From Chloroflexota bacterium (GTDB lineage Bacteria > Chloroflexota > Dehalococcoidia > UBA2247 > JAXHVC01), in NCBI GenBank assembly GCA_034189315.1, contig JAXHVC010000224.1:281-64280 (forward strand): a DNA stretch of 64,000 nucleotides. Reading direction: 5' to 3'. Each line of letters starts with the position of its first letter. Position 1 is the first letter of the stretch. The translations under genes and the position numbers were made by a program. Of the stretch, positions 38,906 to 48,314 are shown in pieces. The notes under the pieces were generated by a model. The model saw nothing but the letters and a program-made list of their open reading frames with translations. It ran no database searches and was not told where the DNA came from.

Positions 38906-40606
38906 ATGAATTATTCAGAATACTGGAGAGTCAACAAGTCATGCGTTGACCACACAGAACTAGCCAATGCCCTAAGAAGTCTTCGTAAAGTCGTAGGTGA
39001 GGTTGGTGTAGATGCCGATGCTGTATGGTCAGGGGTTCCTATTGACGATAACCCAAGAATCGAATTGCCATTGCTTCTAGCAATGGGGGACTACCCTATA
39101 CCACCAGAAAGGATGGATGTTCTAACGGGAACTGCTATTCATGAAGCACTACATATTAGAGAGAATACACAAAGGGCAGTTGGCTACCTTTCTCAGCTGT
39201 TCCCACGGATGAAGGATAAAACTCCTCTAATGAGGCTGGCACAAGCAGGGGAAGATGTACATGTGAATGGTGTGGCTCTCCAGACAGGACTACTCGGGTG
39301 TTATGTACAAAAGTCAAGACAATGGTGGAGAGATAATCTTAGCTGGGACTTCACAGCAGGACGTCCTAATCTAGAAGGATTACTAGGGATATGGACAGAC
39401 ATTGTATTGGATGTTGTATTCTCGATCATTCCCGCAAATGAATTGCCAGGAATCAAGGACATATTTGCAGAGAGAGAACCAGGAGACCTGCAGTCTACGT
39501 TAGACATTCTCTGTTTATATAACTCAACTGCTCTATTCACTATCTATGGTATCCTCTTACGCATGCCACAAAGTTACGAAGAACCCTTGGAGCACCTTTT
39601 GCTCAACACACCTCAAATTATAGATTCGGATGCAGAAATACGGGCCATATTCTATATGGAGTTCTGGAACAGATGGGAAAAGACCTTCAATGATTGGCAA
39701 TTGGCCATAGAACAGGCAGGACTATCCGAATCCAGCAGCATGTTATCCTCAAGTTCACTTATGGATGATGAGCAAGTACCTCCCGAGATAACAGCCGCGG
39801 TTGCAGCGGCACTCACGGGAGAATCCAAAACCATCACCAGACAGATCGAAGCAACACTGAAAGCGTTAGGAGGTGAACATCAGCGATACAGGCTATTTCC
39901 AACCCTATTCGAGGATGCCACTATGGCATGCAAGGCTGTGCCTCATCAGAGGTTGGTTCGGCGATTAAGCGAGGTGTTTCATCTGCAACAAGAACAGGCA
40001 GCTAGGATCAATCGAGGTCTTCGCAGCGGCAAGTTGGATAAAAGAAGGATGTATAGGGTTCATACGAACGGCCTTATATTTAAGAAGAAAGAGTACTTCC
40101 CGGAGAACAACCGATGGGATATTACTTTGCTTATCGATGCTTCTAGTTCAGTGATATGGCATTGGCAGTTGATCGAAAGCGTTTATGTGGCGATGGCAGA
40201 AGCACTGAAAAGAAACAATAGCAGGTTGGAGATATTGGCATATAAGGAAGCTGCTGGCAACTGTCTAGTGAGTCGTCTCTTCTACGGTAACAGTCTCTTC
40301 ACTACAACAACCGGTGGCAGTACACCCTCCGGCGAAGCTATTATGGCAGCAGCATTGTCCATGCCTCGCAGTCAGAGGCGATTCGTTGTTCATGTGACTG
40401 ATGGTCTTTGGAATTCTGGTATTGATGTATGGTATGCAATAGAGCACTGTAAGAGAGAAGGTATTGATTTAGTTACACTTGGTTGTGGCGATGCCATTAG
40501 AGCTTTGGAATTGCAGTATGGAAAGAGCTTCGAAGTTATCGAATACATTGAGCAACTCCCCAAAGCTATGGAAGATCTATTCCGTAAGAAAATGTTGGGT
40601 CGATAG
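38906..40606 (+). CDS. vWA-domain protein with an N-terminal HExxH (zincin-like) region, paralog 2
   Basis: Aligns with paralog 1 (YSEYWRVNKS...ELANALRSLRKVVG; TAIHEALH; AGEDVHVN; RRMYRV; LLIDASSSV...VTDGLWN). The start is set at the Met aligning with paralog 1; the six-frame ORF begins at 38834. Confidence 0.68.
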   Translation: MNYSEYWRVNKSCVDHTELANALRSLRKVVGEVGVDADAVWSGVPIDDNPRIELPLLLAMGDYPIPPERMDVLTGTAIHEALHIRENTQRAVGYLSQLFPRMKDKTPLMRLAQAGEDVHVNGVALQTGLLGCYVQKSRQWWRDNLSWDFTAGRPNLEGLLGIWTDIVLDVVFSIIPANELPGIKDIFAEREPGDLQSTLDILCLYNSTALFTIYGILLRMPQSYEEPLEHLLLNTPQIIDSDAEIRAIFYMEFWNRWEKTFNDWQLAIEQAGLSESSSMLSSSSLMDDEQVPPEITAAVAAALTGESKTITRQIEATLKALGGEHQRYRLFPTLFEDATMACKAVPHQRLVRRLSEVFHLQQEQAARINRGLRSGKLDKRRMYRVHTNGLIFKKKEYFPENNRWDITLLIDASSSVIWHWQLIESVYVAMAEALKRNNSRLEILAYKEAAGNCLVSRLFYGNSLFTTTTGGSTPSGEAIMAAALSMPRSQRRFVVHVTDGLWNSGIDVWYAIEHCKREGIDLVTLGCGDAIRALELQYGKSFEVIEYIEQLPKAMEDLFRKKMLGR

Positions 40607-40738
40607 TAGTTAAAGGCGACATCTCATAATATAACGAAGTTTTATGGTTCAAGATCAGCATTTCCAAAAGCATGCATGTAGTATAGGGAATAGTTTTCAT
40701 ATTATGGCTATTACACAAAACAACGAGGGGGTTGAATA

Positions 40739-41014
40739 GTGTCAGTTACGGTCCATATTTCAGCGCCTCTTCGGCGATTTACATCGGGTGAATCAGAGGT
40801 AGAAATGACAGCCAACAATGTATTGGATTGTATTGATGAGCTAGAAGCTCGATTCCCTGGAATAAGAGGGAATATCTTAAATGAACATAGCCAACGCCAT
40901 AAGTTCGTGAATATATATTTAAATGGTGACGATGTCCGTTCACTCCAGGGTCTTTCTACAACCATTCGTCCTGGTGATGAAATCAGTATTGTGCCTGCTA
41001 TTGCTGGAGGTTAG
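40739..41014 (+). CDS. MoaD/ThiS/CysO-family ubiquitin-like sulfur-carrier protein (C-terminal Gly-Gly)
   Basis: 91-aa ORF ending ...GDEISIVPAIAGG*. GTG start after a GAGGGGG Shine-Dalgarno. Confidence 0.7.
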   Translation: MSVTVHISAPLRRFTSGESEVEMTANNVLDCIDELEARFPGIRGNILNEHSQRHKFVNIYLNGDDVRSLQGLSTTIRPGDEISIVPAIAGG

Positions 41015-41089
41015 TGCTATCGTAATAGATCTGCTCTGCATGATTATTGAGTCTAAATTTACTATATTTATGCAAAGGAGGTGGACAAC

Positions 41090-41626
41090 ATGATCATTGA
41101 TGACCCTCAATCATTCTTTATCTACGTTTTCCACCCAGACTCCCTGTCCGATTCCGGTGCTTATATCGCCTATCAAGGTAATAGGTTAACAAACAAAGAG
41201 TACATGGAACACTGGGGCAAATGGATTGTTATGGATGAACGTGAGAATCTTGATGCCCTAGCAAAAAAGCTCAATCCATATGTAGAAAGTAGACACATCC
41301 CTTGTATTAAATACGATCGTTATCCACCACCCATGTTCGAATTGGGAGTTTGTGTCATGAGTGTCTTCTGCGATGACAGGGCTCGTGATGAGGTTTGGGA
41401 GATCCTATCCCAGCATGGAGTCAAAATGCAGGTATGGATATACGATAAGTTTACTATAGAAATGTGGCAACCTGGCGGCGCTCTTCTTGAGACTTGGATA
41501 TCCTCTCATGATCTTGATGAACATCAAGCAGAAGAAATCAGATCAGATGTTCAAATGAGGATGAATCAGACATACGGTTCTGAGGATGACACATGCACTG
41601 GATGGACGCAGTGTTATCTTCCTTAG
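41090..41626 (+). CDS. Hypothetical protein (178 aa) downstream of the ThiS-like gene
   Basis: ORF with an AAAGGAGGTG Shine-Dalgarno 6 nt before the second ATG. No recognisable motif (FHPDSLSDSGAYIAYQGN...). Confidence 0.5.
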   Translation: MIIDDPQSFFIYVFHPDSLSDSGAYIAYQGNRLTNKEYMEHWGKWIVMDERENLDALAKKLNPYVESRHIPCIKYDRYPPPMFELGVCVMSVFCDDRARDEVWEILSQHGVKMQVWIYDKFTIEMWQPGGALLETWISSHDLDEHQAEEIRSDVQMRMNQTYGSEDDTCTGWTQCYLP

Positions 41627-41783
41627 TTTATGTTAAGACCTCAGACTCCTTATGAATACAACCTCTTCAATATATTTTGTTAGAAGTTGATTGTTTTACA
41701 GATTCTTGCTTGGCCTGCTACGAGTATATCACAGTAGGCCTCCCGCAGAGTCTATTTTAACCCTCTTTATAACTATTAATAAC

Positions 41784-41813
41784 AAGGGTTCCGAGTAAGA
41801 TCTCGGAACCCTT
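41784..41813. terminator. Perfect 12-bp stem hairpin (aagggttccgag-taagat-ctcggaaccctt) downstream of rpsI
   Basis: In minus orientation it is followed by an AU-rich tract. It lies in a convergent intergenic region. Confidence 0.5.
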
Positions 41814-41889
41814 ACTTATCTGAATCCCTATTAACAGTGCCAACCAACACACACAAATGGCACCTACTACCGCTTTCCCTAAATCAATA

Positions 41890-42291
41890 CTAACGCTTGG
41901 TGTACTGAGGCGCTTTACGAGCACCCTTCAATCCATACTTCTTTCGTTCCTTAACTCTAGGATCACGAGTTAGTAATCCTTCTTTTCTGAGCACAGACTT
42001 GTTTTCTTCATCCTCTCTTACCAGAGCTCGTGCAATACCATGTCTAATAGCTTCCGCCTGCCCCGTAACTCCTCCACCAGTCACTTTTACCACAGCGTTG
42101 TATTTACCTATTGCTCCTACTGCTTGAAGCGGACTGAATACTCTACTTCGTAATGCCATCGAAGGTACGTACTCGTCCAACAGCTTGTCATTCACAACTA
42201 TATTTCCTTTTCCGGGAAACAGCTTGACTTGAGCAACAGCTGTCTTTCTTCTCCCAGTACCATGCCAATATGCTTGGTCAGACATTATCAC
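41890..42291 (-). CDS. rpsI: 30S ribosomal protein S9
   Basis: C-terminal ...[25 protein letters not shown]. Confidence 0.95.
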   Translation of the reverse strand: MIMSDQAYWHGTGRRKTAVAQVKLFPGKGNIVVNDKLLDEYVPSMALRSRVFSPLQAVGAIGKYNAVVKVTGGGVTGQAEAIRHGIARALVREDEENKSVLRKEGLLTRDPRVKERKKYGLKGARKAPQYTKR

Positions 42292-42718
42292 TCCTTGCGC
42301 TCTGGGCCGCTATCTGTGACTGATGAGGATGGCTTTCTCCTGCATATACTTTTAACCTTCTCGCCACCGTTCGTCCCAGCCTATTATGAGGAAGCATACC
42401 CTTTACAGCAATCTCGATAGGACGTATAGGATGTACCTCTGCTAATCTACCAAAGGTAGTCCTTTTCAGCCCACCGGGATACCCCGAATGTCTATAATAT
42501 ATCTTGTCTTCTCTCTTTTTCCCTGTTACATGAACCCTAGATGCATTTATAACTATAACAAAGTCGCCAGTATCGAAGTGGGGTGAAAACATGGTTTTAT
42601 GTTTACCCCTCAACAGCCTAGCTACTTCCACAGCAAGCTTTCCTAATGTCATTCCTGATGCATCTATCACATGCCATTCACGTTTTACTTCTGAAGCCTT
42701 GGGACTATATGTTTTCAT
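42278..42718 (-). CDS. rplM: 50S ribosomal protein L13
   Basis: [22 protein letters not shown]... Confidence 0.95.
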   Translation of the reverse strand: MKTYSPKASEVKREWHVIDASGMTLGKLAVEVARLLRGKHKTMFSPHFDTGDFVIVINASRVHVTGKKREDKIYYRHSGYPGGLKRTTFGRLAEVHPIRPIEIAVKGMLPHNRLGRTVARRLKVYAGESHPHQSQIAAQSARSDNV

Positions 42719-42728
42719 ATCTCGCCTA

Positions 42729-43508
42729 CTACGGTAAATTGGAATACCTTATTTTCGTAAGACACAATCCTTTTGCTGGGACCGCAGGACCGACAACACC
42801 AGCACATCCTGATTTGGCTAATTCCTCAAATTCATTTTTAGTCATCTTACCTAATCCCACTTTGATCAATCCACCAACAATATTTCTTACCTGATGTAAA
42901 AGGTAAGCATTTGCGCGAATGCTAAACACCAACAAATCTTGCCACTCGGTGAATCTTGCGGCATATACGGTTCTCGTAGTATTCCGATTAGTTGGAGGAC
43001 TAAATGGGGCAAAATCACGATTACCTAGAATTGATTCACATGCCAAATTCATTGAACTGATATCCAGAGTATGTGGTATTAAATGAGCAAACCTTGATCT
43101 TAAAGGTGATCGAGTTGCGCGATTCACAATAGTATAAGAATAACATCTCTCAACTGCATCACGCCGCACATCTAACTCTTCAGATACCTCATAAGCAAAC
43201 CTCACACTGATATCTGATGGTAGATATGCATTAATTGCTTTTACCCAGGTTTCACTTTCTAGCCTCTTCTCACTTATAAAGGAGACAACCTGCCATTTAG
43301 CATGAACCCCGGCATCGGTTCGACTTGCCCCTTTAATCCGTACATCTTGCTCATTAATTATACTAAGCGCTGACTCCACTTCGTATTGTATAGTACGGGC
43401 ATTTGCCTGCCGTTGAAATCCGTGATACCTGGTACCATCGTACTCTAAAACTAAAACTGTCTGACGTCCCACTTTTCGGTCAACAACGCACTTACTCCAG
43501 CAATTCAA
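42729..43508 (-). CDS. truA: tRNA pseudouridine(38-40) synthase
   Basis: ...[14 protein letters not shown]... with a catalytic Asp context. It sits between rplQ and rplM. Confidence 0.85.
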   Translation of the reverse strand: MNCWSKCVVDRKVGRQTVLVLEYDGTRYHGFQRQANARTIQYEVESALSIINEQDVRIKGASRTDAGVHAKWQVVSFISEKRLESETWVKAINAYLPSDISVRFAYEVSEELDVRRDAVERCYSYTIVNRATRSPLRSRFAHLIPHTLDISSMNLACESILGNRDFAPFSPPTNRNTTRTVYAARFTEWQDLLVFSIRANAYLLHQVRNIVGGLIKVGLGKMTKNEFEELAKSGCAGVVGPAVPAKGLCLTKIRYSNLP

Positions 43509-43845
43509 TCCTTGCTATTGGTGCGCCATCTCCTCTTCGCTGGCCCATCTTGACAATACGGGTGTATCCACCCTCCCTATCAGAATACCTTGGGCCAAGC
43601 TCGTCAAATACCTTTTTTACAGTGTTGGTATTATTTACCAGCTTTATAGCTTCGCGCCTCGCTTGAAGGCTCTGTTTTTTCCCTAAGGTAATTAGCCTTT
43701 CGATCATACCTCGTACTTCTTTAGCTTTTGGCTCCGTAGTGCATATAGCTTCATGTTCTACGAGGTCTTTCATCAGATTACGATACATCGCCAGTCGATG
43801 ATCAGTAGGTCTAGAGAATGTTCTTCCTGACACCCTGTGACGCAT
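43492..43845 (-). CDS. rplQ: 50S ribosomal protein L17
   Basis: MRHRVSGRTFSRPTDHR... Confidence 0.95.
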   Translation of the reverse strand: MRHRVSGRTFSRPTDHRLAMYRNLMKDLVEHEAICTTEPKAKEVRGMIERLITLGKKQSLQARREAIKLVNNTNTVKKVFDELGPRYSDREGGYTRIVKMGQRRGDGAPIARIELLE

Positions 43846-43851
43846 AGGTAG

Positions 43852-44889
43852 CTACTCCTCTTCTTCGTCTCCCTCACGCATCACTTTAGATGCGTCCTCC
43901 TCGGGTTCTATTTCCAGTTCCTCCACCGTTTCTTTGTCATCCTTTTCCTTCTTCTCACTACCTCTCAGGGCAAATCCTCTCTCCTGTACACATTTCTCAA
44001 CCTCTTCAGCAGATCTGGCTCCAAACTTCTCTAAAGCTAATAGCTCTTCTCTGCTCTTCTCCAATAACTCACCTAGTTTGGTGATTTTGTTTCTTCTCAA
44101 TCTCCTAATAATCGACTGAGATAATCCTATCTGGTCTATTCCCATTTCATAAAGTGCTGAAGGAATCGATGGAGTTGCCTGACTTTTTTCCTCTTCATCC
44201 GCAGCAACAGCAGTAACAGTTAATGCTGATAATTGATCCATTAATATCTGGGCAGCCTTGTTCATTGCATCAGCAGGTTGTACCGTAGAGTCTGTCCATA
44301 TTTCCATGGTGAGTTTTTCATACCCAGTTTGCTGACCAAGACGTGTCTGTTCCACAGTATAACTAACCCTGGTCACAGGCGTAAAAATAGCGTCGATAGG
44401 AATGACTCCTCTTGGTACACCATCACCATGACTTGCCGGTAGATATCCCTTTCCCAATTCCACCGTCAGCTCCACATCTAGCTTTGCTTCATCAGAATCA
44501 AGTGTAGCTAGATGCAGCTCTGGATTAGCAATCTCAAAATCAGCAGAGGGCATAATATCTGCTGCGCATACATAACCCTCACCCTCCACATTTAGAGACA
44601 ATGTTCCTTCTCGATTACCCAAGGGTCGTATCCTCAGTCCCTTTAAGTTCAATATGAAATCGATTGCATCTTCTCTCATGTGAGGGACTACTGAAAATTC
44701 ATGAGGCACCCCATTTATCCTTACCTGAGTAACTGCTGCACCAGGCAAAGCAGCTAACAGGACACGCCTCAACGAATTCCCTAATGTAGTCCCAAATCCT
44801 CGCTCAAGGGGCTGAATGACAAAACATCCATGATTTCCTTCAACTTCTCCGCGCTCTATCTTTGGCTTCACTACCTGGTACAAGGGCAA
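43852..44889 (-). CDS. rpoA: DNA-directed RNA polymerase alpha subunit
   Basis: 345-aa ORF with N-terminal and C-terminal alpha domains and an acidic C-terminal tail (EEDASKVMREGDEEEE). Confidence 0.95.
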   Translation of the reverse strand: MPLYQVVKPKIERGEVEGNHGCFVIQPLERGFGTTLGNSLRRVLLAALPGAAVTQVRINGVPHEFSVVPHMREDAIDFILNLKGLRIRPLGNREGTLSLNVEGEGYVCAADIMPSADFEIANPELHLATLDSDEAKLDVELTVELGKGYLPASHGDGVPRGVIPIDAIFTPVTRVSYTVEQTRLGQQTGYEKLTMEIWTDSTVQPADAMNKAAQILMDQLSALTVTAVAADEEEKSQATPSIPSALYEMGIDQIGLSQSIIRRLRRNKITKLGELLEKSREELLALEKFGARSAEEVEKCVQERGFALRGSEKKEKDDKETVEELEIEPEEDASKVMREGDEEEE

Positions 44890-44905
44890 CTTCCTCCAAC
44901 CGATA

Positions 44906-45541
44906 CTACCTGGAATAGTATTCCACTATCGCTTTTTCGTTGAATCTGGCATCAACCTGTTCTCTAGTAGGTTGACCCACTACCTGCCCAGACATTGTCT
45001 GTGTGTCCAAGCTAAGCCAATCGGGTACTATCCGGTCTCCTATACCCTCTACCACCACACGGTAGAGTTCCGTTTTGGCTGCTTTCTCTCCCCAGCTAAT
45101 AACATCCCCTGCTCTTACACAATACGATGGCACATTCACCCTTCTGCCATTCACCTTAATATGACCGTGTAAGACCACCTGCCTAGCCTGACTCCTAGAC
45201 TTGCCAAAACCCAGCCGAAATACCACATTATCTAGTCGCGCTTCGAGCACCTGAACCAGATTCTCTCCAGTTACTCCCTCTGCTTTCTTCTTTGCTTGCG
45301 CGAAATAACGTCTGAACTGTCTCTCAAGTACACCATATGTGTATCTAGCCTTTTGTTTTTCTCGCAGCTGCAATCCTCTCTCCGATACTTTAGGCCTACG
45401 TGCAGCACTACGTGCAGAACCACGCGATGTTGCTCTTCTATCAACAACACAATGAGGGCCGACGCACCTATCTCCCTTTAGAAACAGCTTTTCTCCCGAA
45501 CGGCGACAAATCTTACATACAGGTCCTCTATATCGAGCCAT
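44906..45541 (-). CDS. rpsD: 30S ribosomal protein S4
   Basis: MARYRGPVCKICRRSGEKLFLKGDRC... Confidence 0.95.
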   Translation of the reverse strand: MARYRGPVCKICRRSGEKLFLKGDRCVGPHCVVDRRATSRGSARSAARRPKVSERGLQLREKQKARYTYGVLERQFRRYFAQAKKKAEGVTGENLVQVLEARLDNVVFRLGFGKSRSQARQVVLHGHIKVNGRRVNVPSYCVRAGDVISWGEKAAKTELYRVVVEGIGDRIVPDWLSLDTQTMSGQVVGQPTREQVDARFNEKAIVEYYSR

Positions 45542-45547
45542 TTCCTC

Positions 45548-45934
45548 CTACACTCTCCTTCGCTTGCGAGCCCGACACCCATTATGAGGTACAGGAGTCA
45601 CATCGGTGATACTCGTAATCACCAATCCGCCTGCTTGTATGGATCGTATGGCAGCCTCTCTTCCGCTACCTGGCCCCTTAACATAGGTTTCAACCTGCTT
45701 CATCCCATGTTCTGTCGCTCTTCGTGCTGCCCCTTCAGCAGCCAGTTGCGCAGCAAATGGAGTTCCTTTTCTTGACCCCTTGAATCCGGCAGTTCCCGAG
45801 CTTCCCCAGCTAATTACATTCCCTACCGGATCGGTTATTGTAATTAATGTGTTATTAAATGTCGAATGGATAAACACCTTACCTTGAGGAACAGACTTCC
45901 TCTCACGTCTTGGCCTTCCTCGCTTCCTCGGCAT
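45548..45934 (-). CDS. rpsK: 30S ribosomal protein S11
   Basis: ...[30 protein letters not shown]... Confidence 0.95.
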   Translation of the reverse strand: MPRKRGRPRRERKSVPQGKVFIHSTFNNTLITITDPVGNVISWGSSGTAGFKGSRKGTPFAAQLAAEGAARRATEHGMKQVETYVKGPGSGREAAIRSIQAGGLVITSITDVTPVPHNGCRARKRRRV

Positions 45935-46009
45935 AGATCACTCTCTCCCTAGCTTGACTAACTCTTGCCAAGCACTCACAGTACCCTTATCACCACACAT
46001 CAATACACC

Positions 46010-46399
46010 CTACTTCTTAGCCATACCTCGACGCCTACCTCTTCCTGCTATGGTCTGGCGTGCACCGCGTTTGGTTCGTGCATTTGTGCGTGTCCTTTGC
46101 CCATGTAGCGGTAGACGCCGGCGATGCCTTAGCCCCCGATAACAACCAATCTCAACCAACCGGTTTATATCGAGAGATGTTTCTTTTCTAAGTTCGCCCT
46201 CAACACGACAATCGCGATCAATAACTTCACGAAGACGACTCACATCCTCTTCCGTTAAATCCCTCACCCTTATATCAGGATCCACTCCAGATTCATGCAG
46301 TATCCTTCGAGACACTGCAGGCCCTATCCCATAGATGTATCTCAAGCCAATTTCTACTCTTTTTTCTTTTGGAATATCAACACCGGCTATGCGCGCCAC
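46010..46399 (-). CDS. rpsM: 30S ribosomal protein S13
   Basis: [26 protein letters not shown]... Confidence 0.95.
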   Translation of the reverse strand: MARIAGVDIPKEKRVEIGLRYIYGIGPAVSRRILHESGVDPDIRVRDLTEEDVSRLREVIDRDCRVEGELRKETSLDINRLVEIGCYRGLRHRRRLPLHGQRTRTNARTKRGARQTIAGRGRRRGMAKK

Positions 46400-46476
46400 T
46401 TGGTCTCCTTCAATACAAATCAGGAATGAGAATGATTCATTAAAATCCTATTTTTCATACCCCAATTCCCTTTGTA

Positions 46477-46590
46477 CTAACCTTGTCTTTGTTTATGTCT
46501 CGCATTAGAGCATATGACCCTATTCACACCCTTACGCTTGACTATCTTACACTTATTACATCTGGGTTTTATTGATGATTGTACTTTCAC
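46477..46590 (-). CDS. rpmJ: 50S ribosomal protein L36
   Basis: Translated by hand (below the 60-aa ORF cutoff): (M)[36 protein letters not shown], with a GTG start. Confidence 0.85.
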   Translation of the reverse strand: MKVQSSIKPRCNKCKIVKRKGVNRVICSNARHKQRQG

Positions 46591-46618
46591 TCTATCTATT
46601 CCCACAAGAAAATACTAA

Positions 46619-46837
46619 CTACTTGAACCGATAGGTTAACCTACCCCTGCTCAAATCATATGGCGATAACTCTACAAGCACTGTATCGCCAGGTATAATG
46701 CGAATAAAGTGCCGCCTCATCTTTCCTGAAATATGAGCCAATACCTTATGCCCATTTGGCAGCTCCACGCGAAACATCGCATTGGGCAAGCACTCGACTA
46801 CTTTCCCTTCTACCTCAATTCTCTCTGTCTTGGGCAT
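46619..46837 (-). CDS. infA: Translation initiation factor IF-1
   Basis: 72-aa [29 protein letters not shown]... Confidence 0.95.
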   Translation of the reverse strand: MPKTERIEVEGKVVECLPNAMFRVELPNGHKVLAHISGKMRRHFIRIIPGDTVLVELSPYDLSRGRLTYRFK

Positions 46838-46862
46838 AAGCTATTCTACCTTATCCTATCAA

Positions 46863-47612
46863 CTACAGTCTAGTTAGGATTTCAGGCACACCATCGGTTA
46901 TGGCTATGGTATGCTCAAAGTGAGCGGATAAACTACCGTCAGCCGTCACTACTGTCCAGCAATTGTCTAACACTCTTGTCTGCCACCCACCAATATTCAC
47001 CATTGGTTCAATAGCAAACGTCATACCCCTTTTTAGTAAAGGGCCATCACCCTCCCTACCAAAGTTTGGGATCTGCGGCTCTTCGTGCATTTTGTATCCA
47101 ATGCCATGTCCGGTATATTCTCGCACCACAGAAAACCCCTTTTCCTCCACATATGACTGCACTGCTGACGAAATATCTCCTAAATGAGAACCTTCCCGAG
47201 CTGCATCGATACCCACATATAGAGCTTGTTCAGTCACCTTCATCAGCTCCTCTGCTTTAGAACTAATCCTACCTACTCCGACCGTGAGTGCAGCATCCCC
47301 GTGAAGGCCATTTACTATTGCACCAAAATCAAGTGAAACAATATCTCCATTCTTTAAAACACGATCCCCGGCTATCCCATGAACCACTTCTTCGTTCACC
47401 GAAACACACAAATATCCGGGAAACCCATGATAACCCTTGAAAGACGGCTGAGCATCATACTCAGCCAGTTCCTTTATGCAAACCGCCTCGAGGTCTCGAG
47501 TTCTAATTCCAACTCTTACCTCTCCAGCTACCTTTTTCAAAACTAAGGCTACAACTTTACCTGCTTGCTTCATCGCAGCAATTTCGCGCTGCGACTTCCT
47601 AAGTACTCCCAT
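46863..47612 (-). CDS. map: Type I methionine aminopeptidase
   Basis: ...KSQREIAAMKQAG...FGAIVNGLHGD...HFEHTIAITDG. The start is trimmed to the internal Met (47612), giving a 14-nt overlap with the adk stop. Confidence 0.88.
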   Translation of the reverse strand: MGVLRKSQREIAAMKQAGKVVALVLKKVAGEVRVGIRTRDLEAVCIKELAEYDAQPSFKGYHGFPGYLCVSVNEEVVHGIAGDRVLKNGDIVSLDFGAIVNGLHGDAALTVGVGRISSKAEELMKVTEQALYVGIDAAREGSHLGDISSAVQSYVEEKGFSVVREYTGHGIGYKMHEEPQIPNFGREGDGPLLKRGMTFAIEPMVNIGGWQTRVLDNCWTVVTADGSLSAHFEHTIAITDGVPEILTRL

Positions 47613-48258
47613 TCCCCTTAAGAACCCTAAGTAGCTCCTCAGACACACCTTGAATGCTCTGCTCGCCATCCACTTCCACCAGCTGCCCATTCTCCCTATA
47701 GTACTCAACTAGAGGCATTGTCTGTGAAAGATACACCTCTAGACGTTTCTTCACCGTTTCTACTGTATCGTCTGCCCTCTGATATAGCTTACCTCCACAC
47801 TTATCACACTTACCCTCAATGCGAGGTCGAGACGTTACCTCATGGTAGGGAGCTTGACATTCCTGACATATCCACCGTCCACTTAATCTACTAAGTAATT
47901 CGCTCTCTGAGACCTTGATATAGATCACATTATCGATAATCATATTCTTCCCGCCTAGAGCAGACCTTAATACCTCTGCTTGGTCTACATTCCTCGGGAA
48001 ACCATCCAATATGAATCCCTTATCACAATCTGGTTCAGCGATCCGCTCAAGAATCAAACCAGCTACTGTTTCATCCGGAACTAGCTGACCTTTCTCCATA
48101 TATGATTTCGCTAAAAGGCCTAATTCACTACCTTTACTCTGAGCATCTCTTAATAGATCTCCAGAGGCGATGTGTGCCAAATCCAATTCTCTTCTGATTA
48201 AATCAGCCTGAGTTCCTTTTCCTGCCCCTGGAGCCCCTAAAAGAACAAGCCTCAACAA
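47599..48258 (-). CDS. adk: Adenylate kinase (zinc-lid type)
   Basis: MLRLVLLGAPGAGKGTQ... with lid CQECQAPY...CDKCGG. Confidence 0.95.
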   Translation of the reverse strand: MLRLVLLGAPGAGKGTQADLIRRELDLAHIASGDLLRDAQSKGSELGLLAKSYMEKGQLVPDETVAGLILERIAEPDCDKGFILDGFPRNVDQAEVLRSALGGKNMIIDNVIYIKVSESELLSRLSGRWICQECQAPYHEVTSRPRIEGKCDKCGGKLYQRADDTVETVKKRLEVYLSQTMPLVEYYRENGQLVEVDGEQSIQGVSEELLRVLKGNGST

Positions 48259-48314
48259 ATTCCCCCAAATTTAATATTATTCACTCTCTGTCAATCTGCT
48301 AGGTCATTTGTTTT

